Shown here: one piece after another, positions 1 to 14,654 of the stretch | Layout of the letters: each line of letters opens with the position of its first letter | How positions within the stretch are numbered: the first letter of the stretch is position 1 | Source: Escherichia coli | Lineage (GTDB): Bacteria > Pseudomonadota > Gammaproteobacteria > Enterobacterales > Enterobacteriaceae | DNA: 64,000 nt | Direction: 5' to 3' (one strand) | NCBI RefSeq assembly: GCF_024700885.2 | Contig: NZ_CP117016.1 | Notes under the pieces: generated by a model | What the model saw: only the letters and a program-made list of their open reading frames with translations | What the model was told of the DNA's origin: nothing | Database searches by the model: none | Translations under genes and position numbers: made by a program

Positions 1-2
1 AG

Positions 3-521
3 TTGCAGGGACTAGAAAAAACAGATTCTGGCATTCTGGCAACGCTGGACCGCCAGCGCAGCATCGAAGTGGATGCGGTAATTGCCGCCACCGGGCTGCG
101 CCCGGAAACCGCCCTGGCACGACGCGCAGGGCTGACGATTAATCGCGGCGTTTGCGTCGATAGTTATCTGCAAACCAGTAATGCCGATATTTATGCGCTG
201 GGCGATTGCGCGGAAATTAACGGTCAGGTATTGCCGTTCCTGCAACCGATTCAACTTAGCGCGATGGTGCTGGCAAAAAATCTTCTCGGCAATAACACGC
301 CGCTGAAACTCCCGTCGATGCTGGTGAAAATCAAAACGCCGGAATTACCGCTGCATCTGGCAGGCGAAACCCAGCGTCGGGATTTACGCTGGCAGATAAA
401 TACCGAACGCCAGGGAATGGTGGCGCGCGGTGTTGATGATGCCGACCAGCTTCGCGCCTTTGTGGTCAGTGAGGATCGGATGAAAGAGGCGTTTGGATTG
501 TTGAAAACGTTGCCGGTGTAG
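3..521 (+). CDS. norW: NADH:flavorubredoxin reductase NorW, C-terminal part (5' end outside window)
   Basis: ORF runs from the window edge to a stop at 521; the translation matches the NorW C-terminus as I recall it, and the gene is convergent with hypF as in the E. coli norVW-hypF arrangement. Confidence 0.8.
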   Translation: MQGLEKTDSGILATLDRQRSIEVDAVIAATGLRPETALARRAGLTINRGVCVDSYLQTSNADIYALGDCAEINGQVLPFLQPIQLSAMVLAKNLLGNNTPLKLPSMLVKIKTPELPLHLAGETQRRDLRWQINTERQGMVARGVDDADQLRAFVVSEDRMKEAFGLLKTLPV

Positions 522-530
522 GCATGGTTT

Positions 531-557
531 TCTCCCTCGCCCAAAGGGCGAGGGGAC
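531..557. terminator. GC-rich hairpin between convergent norW and hypF (candidate bidirectional terminator)
   Basis: CTCCCTCGCCC-AAA-GGGCGAGGGGA inverted repeat read directly in the sequence. Confidence 0.5.
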
Positions 558-598
558 TGTCCGCGCTCTATTTACGCTTAGTTACGCCACATCCACCA

Positions 599-2839
599 CT
601 ATGCAGTATGCAGGATGCGCGCCGCAGCAATAACCCCCTGCCCCAGAGACAAGCCGCCATCACCCGCCGGTAAACTCTGTGGAAAGAGCAATGTGAAATC
701 AGCGAGATAATGCGCCAGACGTGCACGCAGCAATCGGTTATGAATAACCCCACCGCTAAATACCAGCGTAGTGATACCGCGCATCGTGGCCTGCTCACGC
801 ATCAACGCGGCAAAACCCTGCGCCAGCGCATCATGAAACGCCCACGCGCGTTGATTAACCGGTGCCTGCCAGTTCAGCCACTGCTGCCAGAAAGTGGCGA
901 GATCCAGTTGATTGTCCACCAGCGGCATCGTCACCGGATGCGTCACTCCGTCACATGAGGCTGCGAGCGCCTCCAGAGCACAAGCCGCTTCACCTTCATA
1001 ACTTAACGTGGCTGGCGCACAGCCCAGTGCCGCCGCCACAGCATCAAACAAACGCCCACACGACGACGCCAGCGGCGCGTTAATTCCACGCTCAATGGCC
1101 CGCGCCAGCACGCTCCAGTTTTGCTGTTGCACACTTGCCGTTTCAGGGTAATTCTGCCACTCCGGCACAAAGCGCAGGCACTGCGCCAGCAGGTTACGCC
1201 ACGGCTGCTTCGCCGCCAAATCGCCCCCAGCAAGCGCCACCGCTGGCAAGCCGCCCAGGTGCTGGCATTCGCGATAGTTCACCCGCAGGCACTCGCCGCC
1301 CCATAAAGCGCCGTTCTCCCCCATACCGATACCGTCGAGCGTCAACGCAATGACATCACCGCCATCCAGCGGCCAGTGATGTTCTGCCAGACACGCCGCT
1401 GCGTGGGCATGATGATGCAGCACCGTTTGTGTCGGCAGATTCATTTCGCTCGCCCACTGGCTGGAGACATAGCCCGGATGCGCGTCATGCACAACGTATT
1501 GCGGGGTGAAATCGTAGATGTTTTGCATCAGGCGTAACGCTTCGCGCCACTGCATCTGGATGCCATCGTCACTTAAATCGCCCAGATGCTGACTCAACAC
1601 CGCTTGTTCACCGCGCACCAGGCAGAAGGTATTTTTCAGATCCGCGCCGAGACACAGCACAGGCGGAACATTTTTAAAGCCCGGAGGCAAAGACAGCGCG
1701 TCCGGTACATACCCTCGCGAACGGCGCAGCATTTCGCCGCTTTCGCGCACCACTGAATCATCCATCCGCTGCACGATGTCGCGGTTATGTAGCAAGAATC
1801 CGTCGGCAATGCCCTGCAAATCCGCCAGCGCCTGTTCGTTGCTGATAGCCGGTGGTTTACCGCTCAGGTTGCCGGAGGTCATCACCAGCGGGCATTGCAG
1901 TTCCTGTAACAGCAAATGCTGGAGCGGGTTCGCAGGCAACATTACCCCGACTTCGTTAAGGCCAGGGGCGATATCATCACAAAGCTCAGGTACGTATTTT
2001 TTATCCACCAGCACAATCGGCGCGGCGGGCGTGGTAAGCAACTGGCGCGCAGCGTCTGGTAAACCTTCTGCCACTGGCAACATGACCGCCAGCGGTTTCG
2101 CCGGGCGATGTTTGCGCGCCCGAAGTGTCGCCACCGCGTTACTGTTACGCGCATCGCAGGCGAGATGAAATCCGCCAATCCCTTTGATGGCGACAATGTT
2201 GCCCATTTTTAACTGTGCGATAGCCGCCTGTAATGCCGCCTCTTGTTCTGCATGTTCACCATGACTTACCCATTCAAGATGTGGGCCACACTCCGGGCAG
2301 GCCACCGGCTGGGCGTGGAAGCGACGATCGAGCGGGTCGCGATATTCTTTGTCACAGGCCGGACACAGCGGAAACGCCGCCATCACGGTAAACGGGCGGT
2401 CGTAAGGCATCGCGCGAATAATGGTGAAACGTGGGCCGCAGTGGGTACAGTTGATAAACGGATAACGATAACGCCGCTCGCCCGGGGTATTCATTTCAGC
2501 AAGACAGGCAGGACAAGTCGCGGCATCGGGAACAATTTGCGTATTCATGACGCCGCCTGTGCTCTGACGGATAGTGAACTCGGTGGGCAGTTGTGACCAG
2601 ATAAACGGCTCACGCTCGACGCTATCAATACGCGCCAGCGGCGGGCAGTGCTGATGCAACTGCACAAGAAACGTTTCCGGGTCTTCCAGCAGCCGGACTT
2701 CTACGCCATCGCCGTCATTACAGACATCGCCGTGAAGATTTAATTGCTGTGCCAGCTGCCAGACAAACGGACGAAAACCGACGCCCTGCACTTTGCCACG
2801 AATACGCAGTTGGACACCGCAAGATGTGTTTTTTGCCAT
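599..2839 (-). CDS. hypF: Carbamoyltransferase HypF ([NiFe]-hydrogenase maturation)
   Basis: 746-aa ORF; N-terminus [25 protein letters not shown] (acylphosphatase-like), CxxC zinc-finger pairs and YrdC/Kae1-like regions; start taken at the internal Met matching the known HypF N-terminus. Confidence 0.93.
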   Translation of the reverse strand: MAKNTSCGVQLRIRGKVQGVGFRPFVWQLAQQLNLHGDVCNDGDGVEVRLLEDPETFLVQLHQHCPPLARIDSVEREPFIWSQLPTEFTIRQSTGGVMNTQIVPDAATCPACLAEMNTPGERRYRYPFINCTHCGPRFTIIRAMPYDRPFTVMAAFPLCPACDKEYRDPLDRRFHAQPVACPECGPHLEWVSHGEHAEQEAALQAAIAQLKMGNIVAIKGIGGFHLACDARNSNAVATLRARKHRPAKPLAVMLPVAEGLPDAARQLLTTPAAPIVLVDKKYVPELCDDIAPGLNEVGVMLPANPLQHLLLQELQCPLVMTSGNLSGKPPAISNEQALADLQGIADGFLLHNRDIVQRMDDSVVRESGEMLRRSRGYVPDALSLPPGFKNVPPVLCLGADLKNTFCLVRGEQAVLSQHLGDLSDDGIQMQWREALRLMQNIYDFTPQYVVHDAHPGYVSSQWASEMNLPTQTVLHHHAHAAACLAEHHWPLDGGDVIALTLDGIGMGENGALWGGECLRVNYRECQHLGGLPAVALAGGDLAAKQPWRNLLAQCLRFVPEWQNYPETASVQQQNWSVLARAIERGINAPLASSCGRLFDAVAAALGCAPATLSYEGEAACALEALAASCDGVTHPVTMPLVDNQLDLATFWQQWLNWQAPVNQRAWAFHDALAQGFAALMREQATMRGITTLVFSGGVIHNRLLRARLAHYLADFTLLFPQSLPAGDGGLSLGQGVIAAARILHTA

Positions 2840-2991
2840 TGAGTTATTCCCGCCATCATGAATTGCGTAACCCGCCCTGCCGGACACGACAGCGTCGTAT
2901 CCGGCAATCACAGGTCGGCGATACCGCCCGCTCCGTATTCTACGAATATTTCCGGGAATTCCTTTGATGCCAGAACAGTTCAGTAAGATTT

Positions 2992-3519
2992 TTAGAACAT
3001 CAGCGCCGTACGGCGACGTTTTTCTGCGCTCAGTTGTTCAAGTTTATTACGATCGACACAAATCAGCGCATGAGTCGGGCAAGCCGCCATACACGCCGGG
3101 CCGTCTTCACGATGGTTGCACAGGTCACATTTATTGGCTTCGGCTTTGTCAGCCCGTACATTCAGCCCCGCGCCGCTGTTGCGAATCACCGGACGTACCA
3201 CCACTTCCATCGCGCCATACGGGCAAGCCACAACGCAGGTTTTGCAACCAATACAACGTTCCTGCATCACATGAACAAACCCTTTATCACGACTGATAGC
3301 ACCATTCGGGCAGACGTTAGCGCACGGTGCATCTTCACACTGACGGCAAACTGTCGCCGTGGAAATGTTCACACCTTTAATGACATGGATACGCGGTAAA
3401 AATGTTTCCGGGGTCAGCGATGCACAGTCCTGATTTTCCTGATGAGAAACCACGCACGCCACTTCACAGGTACGGCAACCAATACATTTACTCGCGTCAG
3501 CAATGATGAAACGGTTCAT
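2992..3519 (-). CDS. hydN: Ferredoxin-like electron transport protein HydN (4Fe-4S clusters)
   Basis: 175-aa ORF with repeated CxxCxxCxxxCP motifs; directly upstream of hypF on the same strand. Confidence 0.9.
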   Translation of the reverse strand: MNRFIIADASKCIGCRTCEVACVVSHQENQDCASLTPETFLPRIHVIKGVNISTATVCRQCEDAPCANVCPNGAISRDKGFVHVMQERCIGCKTCVVACPYGAMEVVVRPVIRNSGAGLNVRADKAEANKCDLCNHREDGPACMAACPTHALICVDRNKLEQLSAEKRRRTALMF

Positions 3520-3667
3520 CAAATTCTCCAGCAATGACAGTTAATGCGCCGATACATTCACAAATCATGCCAGTTTTTAATTTACTGTTATTTAAGGAAA
3601 TTAAATTCTGTAATGCAGGAAAAACGATGTCATCGACACTAGTGACGATGACATGTGATGACAATGT

Positions 3668-4678
3668 TTATTGCGAAAGGGCAATGAGTGAGTCACGGCG
3701 GATCAGTTTTCCGCTGAAGGTTTTCGGCGGTGAGAAATCCCCGCCATCGAGCATAAAAATCAGCCGTCCAATAATTTCCTGAATCATCTCAGTTACCGGA
3801 ATTTTTACGCTGGAGAGCGCCGGAACGGTGTAGGGGGCAATAGCGATATCATCGAATCCGATAACTGACACCTGCTCTGGCACCGCTACGCCGCGCTCGT
3901 GTAACGCTTTCATCGCACCTATCGCCATATCGTCGTTACTGGCAACTAACGCGCTAAATTTAGCCCCACGTTCGAGCAACATTTCTACCCCTTCGGCCCC
4001 GCTGGCAGGCGTCCATTTACCGTTAGCGATAAGTTTTTCATTGAGCGCAATACCATGCTGCGCCAGCGCGTCTTTATACCCGGCAAGACGTTCAACGCTG
4101 GTGGGGGAATCCATCGAACCGGTAAGGAAAGCAATCTCCTGATGTCCGGCGTTTATCAACTCTGCCACGGCGTTAAAGCTGGTCTGTTTATGATCGCACC
4201 AGACGCTATGGCTGCTGTTTTTGCGCAGGCGGCGATTAAGCACCATTATCGGCTGACTGTGTGCGTCAATGATGTCATCAATCTCATCCACGCTTAAAAA
4301 ACGCGGGTAAATCATAATGGCGTCGCAGCGCAAATCCAGCAGATACTGAATCGCCTGGCGCTCTTCTTCGGCGCTATGTTTACCATCTGCCAATAGCAAC
4401 TGTCGCCCTTTCTCTTCCGCCATTCGCGCGGCATGAAACAGTAATTCACTAAAATAAATGCCGTGGTAAAGCGTGTTGGTCACGACCAGCCCCAGCGTCT
4501 GAGTACTCTTCGCCGACAGATTGCGCGCCAGCAAGTTTGGACGGTAACCGCTCTCTTCTACCGCCTGAAACACGCGATCTTTAGTCTCCTGGCTGACGTA
4601 GCCATTACCTGAAAGCACGCGGGAAACGGTCGCTTTTGAAACCCCGGCGCGCTTCGCCACTTCCAGCATCGTCGTCAT
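3668..4678 (-). CDS. ascG: LacI-family repressor of the asc operon
   Basis: 336-aa ORF with N-terminal HTH (MTTMLEVAKRAGVSKATVSRVL) and periplasmic-binding-like sugar domain; divergent from ascF. Confidence 0.92.
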   Translation of the reverse strand: MTTMLEVAKRAGVSKATVSRVLSGNGYVSQETKDRVFQAVEESGYRPNLLARNLSAKSTQTLGLVVTNTLYHGIYFSELLFHAARMAEEKGRQLLLADGKHSAEEERQAIQYLLDLRCDAIMIYPRFLSVDEIDDIIDAHSQPIMVLNRRLRKNSSHSVWCDHKQTSFNAVAELINAGHQEIAFLTGSMDSPTSVERLAGYKDALAQHGIALNEKLIANGKWTPASGAEGVEMLLERGAKFSALVASNDDMAIGAMKALHERGVAVPEQVSVIGFDDIAIAPYTVPALSSVKIPVTEMIQEIIGRLIFMLDGGDFSPPKTFSGKLIRRDSLIALSQ

Positions 4679-4764
4679 CATTTTCATCCCTTTACACGCA
4701 ATCAACGCAGTGTACTGCACCGTTTGCCGATTGTCCTTGCGCAATCGGCGGGAAAAATATTCAG

Positions 4765-4778
4765 GTGACCGGTTTCAC
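4765..4778. promoter_or_regulatory. Imperfect LacI-type operator half-palindrome (GTGACCGGTTTCAC) in the ascG-ascF intergenic region
   Basis: Read in sequence; related to the perfect palindrome 75 bp downstream. Confidence 0.5.
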
Positions 4779-4839
4779 AAATATAAAAAATGAACAATTA
4801 ACTCTCTTGCTTATTTAGTGACAACTATTCATGATTTTG

Positions 4840-4853
4840 TGAAACCGGTTTCA
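4840..4853. promoter_or_regulatory. Perfect 14-bp palindrome TGAAACCGGTTTCA, candidate AscG operator
   Basis: Perfect dyad symmetry read in sequence, located between divergent ascG and ascF. Confidence 0.6.
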
Positions 4854-4937
4854 TAATTCCGTTTCAGCATCGGCATTTTTCCGTCACGTCGACTGATAAC
4901 AACTACATCTACCCTACTGATAACAGGATAAAATCCG

Positions 4938-7828
<2,891 letters not shown>

Positions 7829-7836
7829 GCAACCGT

Positions 7837-7916
7837 GCCGGATGCGGCGTGAATGCCTTATCCGGCCTACATAGTTCGTGCGACATGTAGGCCCGATAAG
7901 CATTGCGCATCGGGCA
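7837..7916. repeat. REP/BIME-type extragenic palindromic repeats
   Basis: GCCGGATGCGGCGTGAATGCCTTATCCGGCCTACA and a second inverted copy TGTAGGCCCGATAAGC, the classic E. coli REP consensus. Confidence 0.75.
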
Positions 7917-7985
7917 ATCTGGCGTTTGCTATCAGTTCTGATTCCCTCATCAAGAACATCCCTGTCCTGATTCCTTACTGAAAAA

Positions 7986-8456
7986 CTACTCTTCTTCCAC
8001 CGCTAACTGCGCGAATCCGCCATTCCCTTCCCAGCCTTCCAGTCGTTGATAAACGGTTTCTACCGCATCTTTAATCGGCTGGGTCATCGGGTAGTAAAAG
8101 CCGACGATATCCGGCTGGATGCCGAGGAAAATCACTTCGCCAATGTCTTCTTTCAACTGGTCGATAAGGTAGTTCAACGGCATGTTATGGGTAGTCATCA
8201 TAAACATCTCGTCGATGTCATCCGGGTCGATGATGCGGATCTCGCCGGGGTTTAGCCCCATATCCGTGGCGTCGACAATCAGCAGCCGCGTAGGGCGCAG
8301 TTCACGGATGGCGACGATGTCGTTTTCCGGTGCACTACCGCCGTCAATCACCACCCAGTGACCTTTCGGCGCGGCGGCGCACTTTTCCGCCAGTAGCGGG
8401 CCTGCGCCATCATCGCCCATCATGCTATTGCCAACACAGAGTAAAACGTCAGTCAC
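7986..8456 (-). CDS. hycI: Hydrogenase 3 maturation endopeptidase
   Basis: 156-aa ORF, last gene of the hyc operon. Confidence 0.9.
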   Translation of the reverse strand: MTDVLLCVGNSMMGDDGAGPLLAEKCAAAPKGHWVVIDGGSAPENDIVAIRELRPTRLLIVDATDMGLNPGEIRIIDPDDIDEMFMMTTHNMPLNYLIDQLKEDIGEVIFLGIQPDIVGFYYPMTQPIKDAVETVYQRLEGWEGNGGFAQLAVEEE

Positions 8457-8859
8457 GCAATCTCCTCACCATCAAATAGATGGCGTTTTCCTGATGAATA
8501 TCATGCAACATACTTAACAGCATTGTACTCCATTCTTTCTGCTGCGAAGTTTGCGCTGCCCGGGCTTTATCGAATGCGTTGGCCAACATCGGCACATGGT
8601 TAATGTCGATGACAATCTCACCATATTTCGGCACGCCTTCCATTTTGCGGCGGGCTTCGCTGCCCGCCTCCAGAGTGGCAATCCATGCCAGATATTCATC
8701 CCACGGACAGGTGAGCGCCGCTTCCAGGCAATCGATAACCCCAAGGTGGTGACCAATCGCCAGGCTGTAATAGACCACCTGCTGCGCCTCGGCGGGCGTG
8801 GCATCGTTCTCATCAATAAATTTACGGCTCAGTTGACTGAACACCACCTTTTCACTCAT
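8449..8859 (-). CDS. hycH: Formate hydrogenlyase maturation protein HycH
   Basis: 136-aa ORF in conserved hyc gene order. Confidence 0.9.
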   Translation of the reverse strand: MSEKVVFSQLSRKFIDENDATPAEAQQVVYYSLAIGHHLGVIDCLEAALTCPWDEYLAWIATLEAGSEARRKMEGVPKYGEIVIDINHVPMLANAFDKARAAQTSQQKEWSTMLLSMLHDIHQENAIYLMVRRLRD

Positions 8860-9623
8860 CGGATACGCGCCTCTTCAACAACATGATTCAGATGGCTGAC
8901 AATCTCGTTCAGACGCGGATCGTTTTCCGCTTCCAGCCAGCGTGCAACCTGCTCTTCGCCCTGCCCTAACTGTGTCAGGAAGTCATCGGCAATCTGGCGA
9001 CCGTAACGGTAACCCGCCAGGCGGCGTGCTTCGCGATCCACTTTCACGCGCAGCGGCTGCACCATATCGCCATGCAGAATTTCTGCCGGTTGTTCATCCT
9101 GCTCACCCGGGCCACGGGCGTGAATTTTCTGCTCCAGCAGGCCGAGCGCCATTGCAAAGCCGTACAGCGTGGCGGCAGGCGTTGGCGGGCAGCCAGGGAT
9201 GTAGACATCTACCGGGACGATTTTATCCGTACCGCCCCACACGCAGTAGAGATCGTGGAAGATCCCGCCACTGTTACCGCAGGCACCGTAGGAGATACAG
9301 ATTTTCGGGTCCGGCGCGGACTGCCACGCACGCAGCGCAGGGGATCGCATTGCACGGGTGACCGCGCCGGTAAACAGTAAAATATCCGCATGACGCGGTG
9401 AAGGAACGACTTTAATGCCGAAGCGTTCTGCATCAAACAGCGGCGAAAGCGTGGCGAAAATTTCGATTTCGCAGCCGTTGCAGCCGCCGCAGTCCACGCG
9501 GTAAACGTAGGCAGAACGTTTGATTTTTTTCAGTAACGACGCCTTCATGCTGGCGATGGATTCATCCACCGTCATCGGGACCGGAATGCCGTTGGCGTCA
9601 CGGGGGCCTAATAAATTGCTCAT
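8856..9623 (-). CDS. hycG: Hydrogenase 3 small subunit (NuoB-like)
   Basis: 255-aa ORF with the cysteine pattern of NuoB-type Fe-S subunits. Confidence 0.9.
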   Translation of the reverse strand: MSNLLGPRDANGIPVPMTVDESIASMKASLLKKIKRSAYVYRVDCGGCNGCEIEIFATLSPLFDAERFGIKVVPSPRHADILLFTGAVTRAMRSPALRAWQSAPDPKICISYGACGNSGGIFHDLYCVWGGTDKIVPVDVYIPGCPPTPAATLYGFAMALGLLEQKIHARGPGEQDEQPAEILHGDMVQPLRVKVDREARRLAGYRYGRQIADDFLTQLGQGEEQVARWLEAENDPRLNEIVSHLNHVVEEARIR

Positions 9624-10165
9624 CAGATGGCCTCTTTCATATGGCGAGTCAGTTCAATACGGTCGGACGGCACCAGGCATTTCTGGCGCTTACATTCCGG
9701 GCAAGTCTCAAAGCTTTCGCGGTGGTTTTCCGCGCGGCTGTCGCCGTTGTGCTTAAGCAGCGCAATGGCGTAGTCGATCTCTTTCTGAACGGCAAAAGGA
9801 CGATTGCAGACGCGGCAGTTGCACAGCGCGAAGCGGGACTGTTGCAGGAAGTCTTCTTTCTTCCACACCGCCAGTTCGTACTCTTGCGACAGTTTGATCG
9901 CCGCCGTCGGGCAAACTTCTTCGCAGCGTCCACAGAAGATGCAGCGCCCGAGATTAAACTCCCAGGCCAGCTCTCCTGTGGCGATGTCAGTTTCAACTGT
10001 TAAGGCGTTTGACGGGCAGGCATTGACGCAGGCCGCGCAGCCGATGCACTGCTGCGGGTTCTGCTCTGGCTTACCACGGAAGTTTTTATCAACCGCAATC
10101 GGCTCCAGCGGATAAGACGAGGTCGCCGTGCCGGTTTTGATAACTTTTTTGATAAAGGTAAACAT
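9623..10165 (-). CDS. hycF: Formate hydrogenlyase 4Fe-4S ferredoxin subunit
   Basis: 180-aa ORF with two CxxCxxCxxxCP motifs. Confidence 0.9.
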   Translation of the reverse strand: MFTFIKKVIKTGTATSSYPLEPIAVDKNFRGKPEQNPQQCIGCAACVNACPSNALTVETDIATGELAWEFNLGRCIFCGRCEEVCPTAAIKLSQEYELAVWKKEDFLQQSRFALCNCRVCNRPFAVQKEIDYAIALLKHNGDSRAENHRESFETCPECKRQKCLVPSDRIELTRHMKEAI

Positions 10166-10174
10166 GGCGATTCC

Positions 10175-11884
10175 TTATTTCAGCGGCGAGTTTTTACGCT
10201 CAATGCTGTAGCGCTCGAGTTCTTTGTACGGCACCACTTTGCTCTTCTTCTTACGCACATCGACCACCGTCATGCGGTCGGTACAGGAGTAGCAAGGGTC
10301 CAGGCTACCGATAATCAGCGGCGCATCGGAAACGGTGTTGCCGCGCAGCATGTAGCGCAGGGTCGGCCAGTTCGCGTAGGTCGCCGCACGGCAGCGCCAG
10401 CGGTACAGCTTCTGGTTGTCGCCGGTCATGCTCCAGTGGATATCATCGCCGCGCGGCGCTTCGGCAAAGCCCAGCGCAAAACGGTGCGGAATATAGGTAA
10501 AACCTTCTACCATCAACGGACCGCCCGGCAGGTTATCCAGACCGTAGTCGATCATGTTCAGCGCGGTATAAACTTCGTTGATACGCACTTTCAGGCGCGA
10601 AATAACGTCGCAGCCCTGCTCGCTGTGGACTTCCATTGGCAGCAGGCCATAACCAACAAACGGGTGATCGGCACGGGTATCGCGAGCGTGTCCGCTGGCG
10701 CGGACCATCGGGCCAACGTTACTGAAGTCGCGGGCAATTTCCGGGTCCAGACGACCAATGCCGACGGTGCGCTGTTCCATGTTCGGTGTGCTCAGCAGCA
10801 CATCCACCAGCTCCTGCACTTCACGACGCATCTGTTGTGCCAGCTGGCGGGTCTGGATCATGTCGTCTTTCAGCAGATCGCGACGAATCCCGCCGATCAG
10901 GTTCAGGCCGTAGGTTTTACGTGCACCGGTAAGGATCTCTGCCATTTTCATGGAGGTTTCACGCACGCGGAAGAACTGCATAAAGCCGGAGTCGAAGCCG
11001 GTAAAGTGACAGGCGAGGCCGAGGTTGAGCAGATGCGAGTGCAGGCGTTCTACCTCCAGCAGAATGGCGCGGATCATCTGCGCACGTTCTGGCACCTGAA
11101 TACCCATCGCGTTTTCCACCGACGTGGTGTAGGCGGTGCTGTGAGCAAAGCCGCAGATCCCGCACACACGGTCAGAGAGGAAGGTCACTTCGTTGTAACC
11201 CATGCGGGTTTCCGCCAGTTTTTCCATGCCGCGATGGACATAGAACAGGCGGTAGTCGGCGTCGATAATGTTTTCGCCATCGACGAACAGACGGAAGTGA
11301 CCCGGTTCGTCGGAAGTGACGTGCAGCGGACCAATCGGCACGACGTTGTTTTTCTTGTCGCCCAGTTCGTTGATGAACTCGTAGGTTTCAGCATCGGTAG
11401 TCGGTGCCGGACGTTGACGATAATCCATGCTGTCTTTACGCAGCGGATAAAGTTCATCCGGCCAGTCATCCGGCAGCACCAGACGACGTTCATCCGGCAG
11501 CCCTACCGGAATCAAACCGTACATATCGCGCACTTCACGCTCGCCCCATACCGCCGCCGGAACGCGCGGCGTTACGGACGGATATTCCGGTTTGTTGGCG
11601 TCAACTTCAACGCGCACGGTTATCCAGCATTTGGTGCCCTTCTCCATCGACAGCACGTAATAAACGGCGTAATGACCATTCAGTTTGCGTTCGTCGTTAC
11701 CAAACAGCACCGACAGCCAGCCACCCTGCTTGTAATAGAGAAACTCCACTACTTCCGGCAGATAGTTCACCTTTACGGTGACAGTCAGCTGATCTTTGGT
11801 CTGCCAGGCGTGGTCCAGCACGACGCCCGGAAATGCCTCATTCAGCGCGGCGAGATAATGTTGACCTAATTTTTCTTCAGACAT
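10175..11884 (-). CDS. hycE: Hydrogenase 3 large [NiFe] subunit
   Basis: 569-aa ORF starting MSEEKLGQ, with NuoC/NuoD-like regions and a C-terminal DPCxxC nickel-binding motif. Confidence 0.92.
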   Translation of the reverse strand: MSEEKLGQHYLAALNEAFPGVVLDHAWQTKDQLTVTVKVNYLPEVVEFLYYKQGGWLSVLFGNDERKLNGHYAVYYVLSMEKGTKCWITVRVEVDANKPEYPSVTPRVPAAVWGEREVRDMYGLIPVGLPDERRLVLPDDWPDELYPLRKDSMDYRQRPAPTTDAETYEFINELGDKKNNVVPIGPLHVTSDEPGHFRLFVDGENIIDADYRLFYVHRGMEKLAETRMGYNEVTFLSDRVCGICGFAHSTAYTTSVENAMGIQVPERAQMIRAILLEVERLHSHLLNLGLACHFTGFDSGFMQFFRVRETSMKMAEILTGARKTYGLNLIGGIRRDLLKDDMIQTRQLAQQMRREVQELVDVLLSTPNMEQRTVGIGRLDPEIARDFSNVGPMVRASGHARDTRADHPFVGYGLLPMEVHSEQGCDVISRLKVRINEVYTALNMIDYGLDNLPGGPLMVEGFTYIPHRFALGFAEAPRGDDIHWSMTGDNQKLYRWRCRAATYANWPTLRYMLRGNTVSDAPLIIGSLDPCYSCTDRMTVVDVRKKKSKVVPYKELERYSIERKNSPLK

Positions 11885-11901
11885 GCTCAAACTCTCTTTA
11901 A

Positions 11902-12825
11902 TCACGCCGCCAGCAAGGAGACGAACGCTAAAAATGCAAAGCCAAACCCAGCCCAGGTAATGCGCGGAGTAATATCAAGACGCAGACGGGCCATGCTGTT
12001 TTCGAACAGCGCGATAACCAGGACGCCGACCACCAGTTTGACGATGGCAATCACCAGCGCCAGCAGCAGCCCACCGACGGTGAAGGTTTCCATTTGTCCC
12101 CACGGAATAAACACCCCGACGAACATCTGCAACACCACCAGCTGTTTCAGGCTGATACCCCATTTCATGACGCCAAAGCCGCTGCCGCTATACTCAGAGA
12201 GCGGACCTTCCTGCAACTCCTGCTCGGCTTCCGCCAGGTCGAACGGCAGTTTGCCCATTTCGATAAAGGTGGCGAATGCACAGGCACAAAGCGCCAGCAC
12301 CAGCGGGATGCTCTGGCTCAGCGGCCAGTGATAAACGGTGTCGGTGATGTTGCTGATGTTGGTGGAACCGGCAACCTGCGCCGCAACCCACAGACCAAGC
12401 AGCAGCATCGGTTCGACCAGCACGCCAAGCATCGCTTCACGGCTCGCGCCGATAGCGGTAAACGGGCTACCGGTATCCAGACCAGAAATGGCAAAGAAGA
12501 AACGCGCGATGGCAAAGAGATACAGTAAAGTGATCAAATCGCCCAGCTGCGGCAGCGGAGAACCAACGGTCACCACCGGCAGCGCAGTAGCGATAGTCAG
12601 CATGACGCCCACCATCACATACGGCGTCAGGCGGAACACCCAGCCGGAGGCATCCGGGCCAACGCTCTGGCGACCCAGCAGTTTGATAATGTCGCGATAC
12701 TCCTGCAACACGCCCGGCCCGCGACGGTTATGCAAGCGGGCGCGCGCCACGCGGGTTATACCGGAGAGCAGCGGCGCAACGGCAAATAACACCAGCGCCT
12801 GAATTAACGGATATAAAACACTCAT
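11902..12825 (-). CDS. hycD: Formate hydrogenlyase membrane subunit (NuoH-like)
   Basis: 307-aa polytopic membrane ORF. Confidence 0.9.
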   Translation of the reverse strand: MSVLYPLIQALVLFAVAPLLSGITRVARARLHNRRGPGVLQEYRDIIKLLGRQSVGPDASGWVFRLTPYVMVGVMLTIATALPVVTVGSPLPQLGDLITLLYLFAIARFFFAISGLDTGSPFTAIGASREAMLGVLVEPMLLLGLWVAAQVAGSTNISNITDTVYHWPLSQSIPLVLALCACAFATFIEMGKLPFDLAEAEQELQEGPLSEYSGSGFGVMKWGISLKQLVVLQMFVGVFIPWGQMETFTVGGLLLALVIAIVKLVVGVLVIALFENSMARLRLDITPRITWAGFGFAFLAFVSLLAA

Positions 12826-12827
12826 TC

Positions 12828-14654
12828 TCAGGCTCCTCGTGAAACAATAATCACCACCAGTACCGCCAGTTCAACCAGCGCCATCCGGCGGAACAGCAAC
12901 GCACTCCCCTCGCACTGCCAGCCCGGTACCAGCGACACCGGATTCAGCCATTTGCGCAGTTTCAGCACTGGCGCAAACGCCTGTTTCACCGGCATGGCAA
13001 AACCGTGAGCAGTAATCACCATTGATTTTTCATGGTCGTAGCCGCACACCCAGGCCGCGCCGCGGGAACGCGACGGCAAACGATCGCCTTTGCAAATCGC
13101 CATAATGATGAATGGCAGCAGCGGGCAGGCAATCAGCAGCAACGTGATCATGGGTTGAGAAACGGTGGTGTTAGCAGGCTCCAGCGGCAGAGGTACAGCA
13201 GCAGAGAGCATCGGCAGCAGCCACGGCGCAGCAACACCGCCAATTACGCAGCAAATCGCCAGTGCCACCACGCTTACGCTCATCAGGAGCGGCGCACTGG
13301 TGGCGTTTTCGGCTTCTTTGGTACGCGGCGCGCCGAGGAACGTGACGCCATAGACTTTCGCCATACACATCACCGCCAGCGCACCGGTAATTGCCAGACC
13401 CACAGCGAGCAGCGGCCCCAGCAGACGGGCAACAAACGCGCCACTATTGCTCAGTTTGAAGAAGGATTGATAGATAACCCATTCCCCGGCAAACCCGTTC
13501 AGCGGCGGCAGCGCAGCCATTGCCATCAGCCCGACTAACATGGCGATGGAGATAACCGGCATTTTCTTGCCAATACCACCGAGTTTTTCGATATCGCGAT
13601 GACCGGTACGGAACCAGACACTCCCCGCCCCGAGGAAAAGTACGCTTTTGAACAGGCTATGGTTAAGCAGATGGTACAGACCACCGACCAGGCCAAGAGC
13701 AATCAGCGCCGGTTGTTCGAGCGCGATACCCGTTACGCCAGCGCCCAGCCCCAGCAGGATAATGCCGATATTCTCCAGGGTGTGGTAAGCCAGCAAACGT
13801 TGGATATTATGTTCCATCAACGCATACAGACCGCCGACAAACGCGGTGATCATACCGAGCACCAGCAGCGCGATCCCCCACCACAGCGGTGCATTACCGC
13901 CCAGCAGTGACAGGGTTAAAATGCCCAGCAGGCCAATTTTCATGACTACCGTGGAAAACAACGCGGCAGCTGGCGCAGAGGCGTTAGCATGTGCCTGCGG
14001 CACCCAGCCGTGCAGCGGAATAATCCCGGCCAGCAGGCCAAAACCAATCACACCGAGCAGCCAGATATCGGAACCGAGCGGCAGCTGTTGCATACGCATA
14101 TCCAGCAGGCGCAGATCCAGCGTGCCGTAACGCTGCCACAGCAGCCAACAGGCAATCGCCAGCAGCAGAGTGCCAAGACGCCCCAGCGCAAACCACAGTT
14201 TGCCCTCTTTGCTGTTGCTGGTAAGGAACACCGCGCACAGGGCCATGATTTCGGCCATTACCACGAACATGCCGAGGTTGCTGGCAATGACGGCGCAGAC
14301 GGCGGCAGCCATCAACATATTGATCTGCAAGCCGTTGCACTTCACCTGCGCGTGGCGATGCCAGTCAATGTTATAGAGGCTGACAAACAGACCGCACAGA
14401 CCGAGCGTAATCAGCCAAATCGCGTTAAGCGGAGAGATTTGCACATCGTAGCTTACCAGCGACAGCGCACCGCTCACGCCAACCGCGCCAGTCAGTACAG
14501 TGAAGCCCGCGGCTGCCGTATACAGACTACCCACCGCGCCGCCAATTCCGGCTATCCAGCCGCTTAGCGCCTTTTGAAAAGAAAAGAGAAATGCCAGAAC
14601 AGCGGCGGCGACAAACCACGCCACGCCGCTATTGATCAGGGAAATTGCGCTCAT
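12828..14654 (-). CDS. hycC: Formate hydrogenlyase membrane subunit (NuoL/antiporter-like)
   Basis: 608-aa polytopic membrane ORF. Confidence 0.9.
   Translation of the reverse strand: MSAISLINSGVAWFVAAAVLAFLFSFQKALSGWIAGIGGAVGSLYTAAAGFTVLTGAVGVSGALSLVSYDVQISPLNAIWLITLGLCGLFVSLYNIDWHRHAQVKCNGLQINMLMAAAVCAVIASNLGMFVVMAEIMALCAVFLTSNSKEGKLWFALGRLGTLLLAIACWLLWQRYGTLDLRLLDMRMQQLPLGSDIWLLGVIGFGLLAGIIPLHGWVPQAHANASAPAAALFSTVVMKIGLLGILTLSLLGGNAPLWWGIALLVLGMITAFVGGLYALMEHNIQRLLAYHTLENIGIILLGLGAGVTGIALEQPALIALGLVGGLYHLLNHSLFKSVLFLGAGSVWFRTGHRDIEKLGGIGKKMPVISIAMLVGLMAMAALPPLNGFAGEWVIYQSFFKLSNSGAFVARLLGPLLAVGLAITGALAVMCMAKVYGVTFLGAPRTKEAENATSAPLLMSVSVVALAICCVIGGVAAPWLLPMLSAAVPLPLEPANTTVSQPMITLLLIACPLLPFIIMAICKGDRLPSRSRGAAWVCGYDHEKSMVITAHGFAMPVKQAFAPVLKLRKWLNPVSLVPGWQCEGSALLFRRMALVELAVLVVIIVSRGA

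Noticed and set aside
3520-3667. Sigma-54 promoter upstream of hydN
   Set aside because: The best candidate (TGGCAT-N5-GTGAA on the minus strand) lacks the conserved -12 GC, so no feature was called; TGTCATCGACA-like repeats at 3630-3660 may still be activator sites.
10436-11869. 477-aa ORF antisense to hycE
   Set aside because: Fully embedded opposite a well-supported conserved gene; long antisense ORFs are common in GC-rich coding DNA, and the translation is low-complexity and Arg/His-rich.
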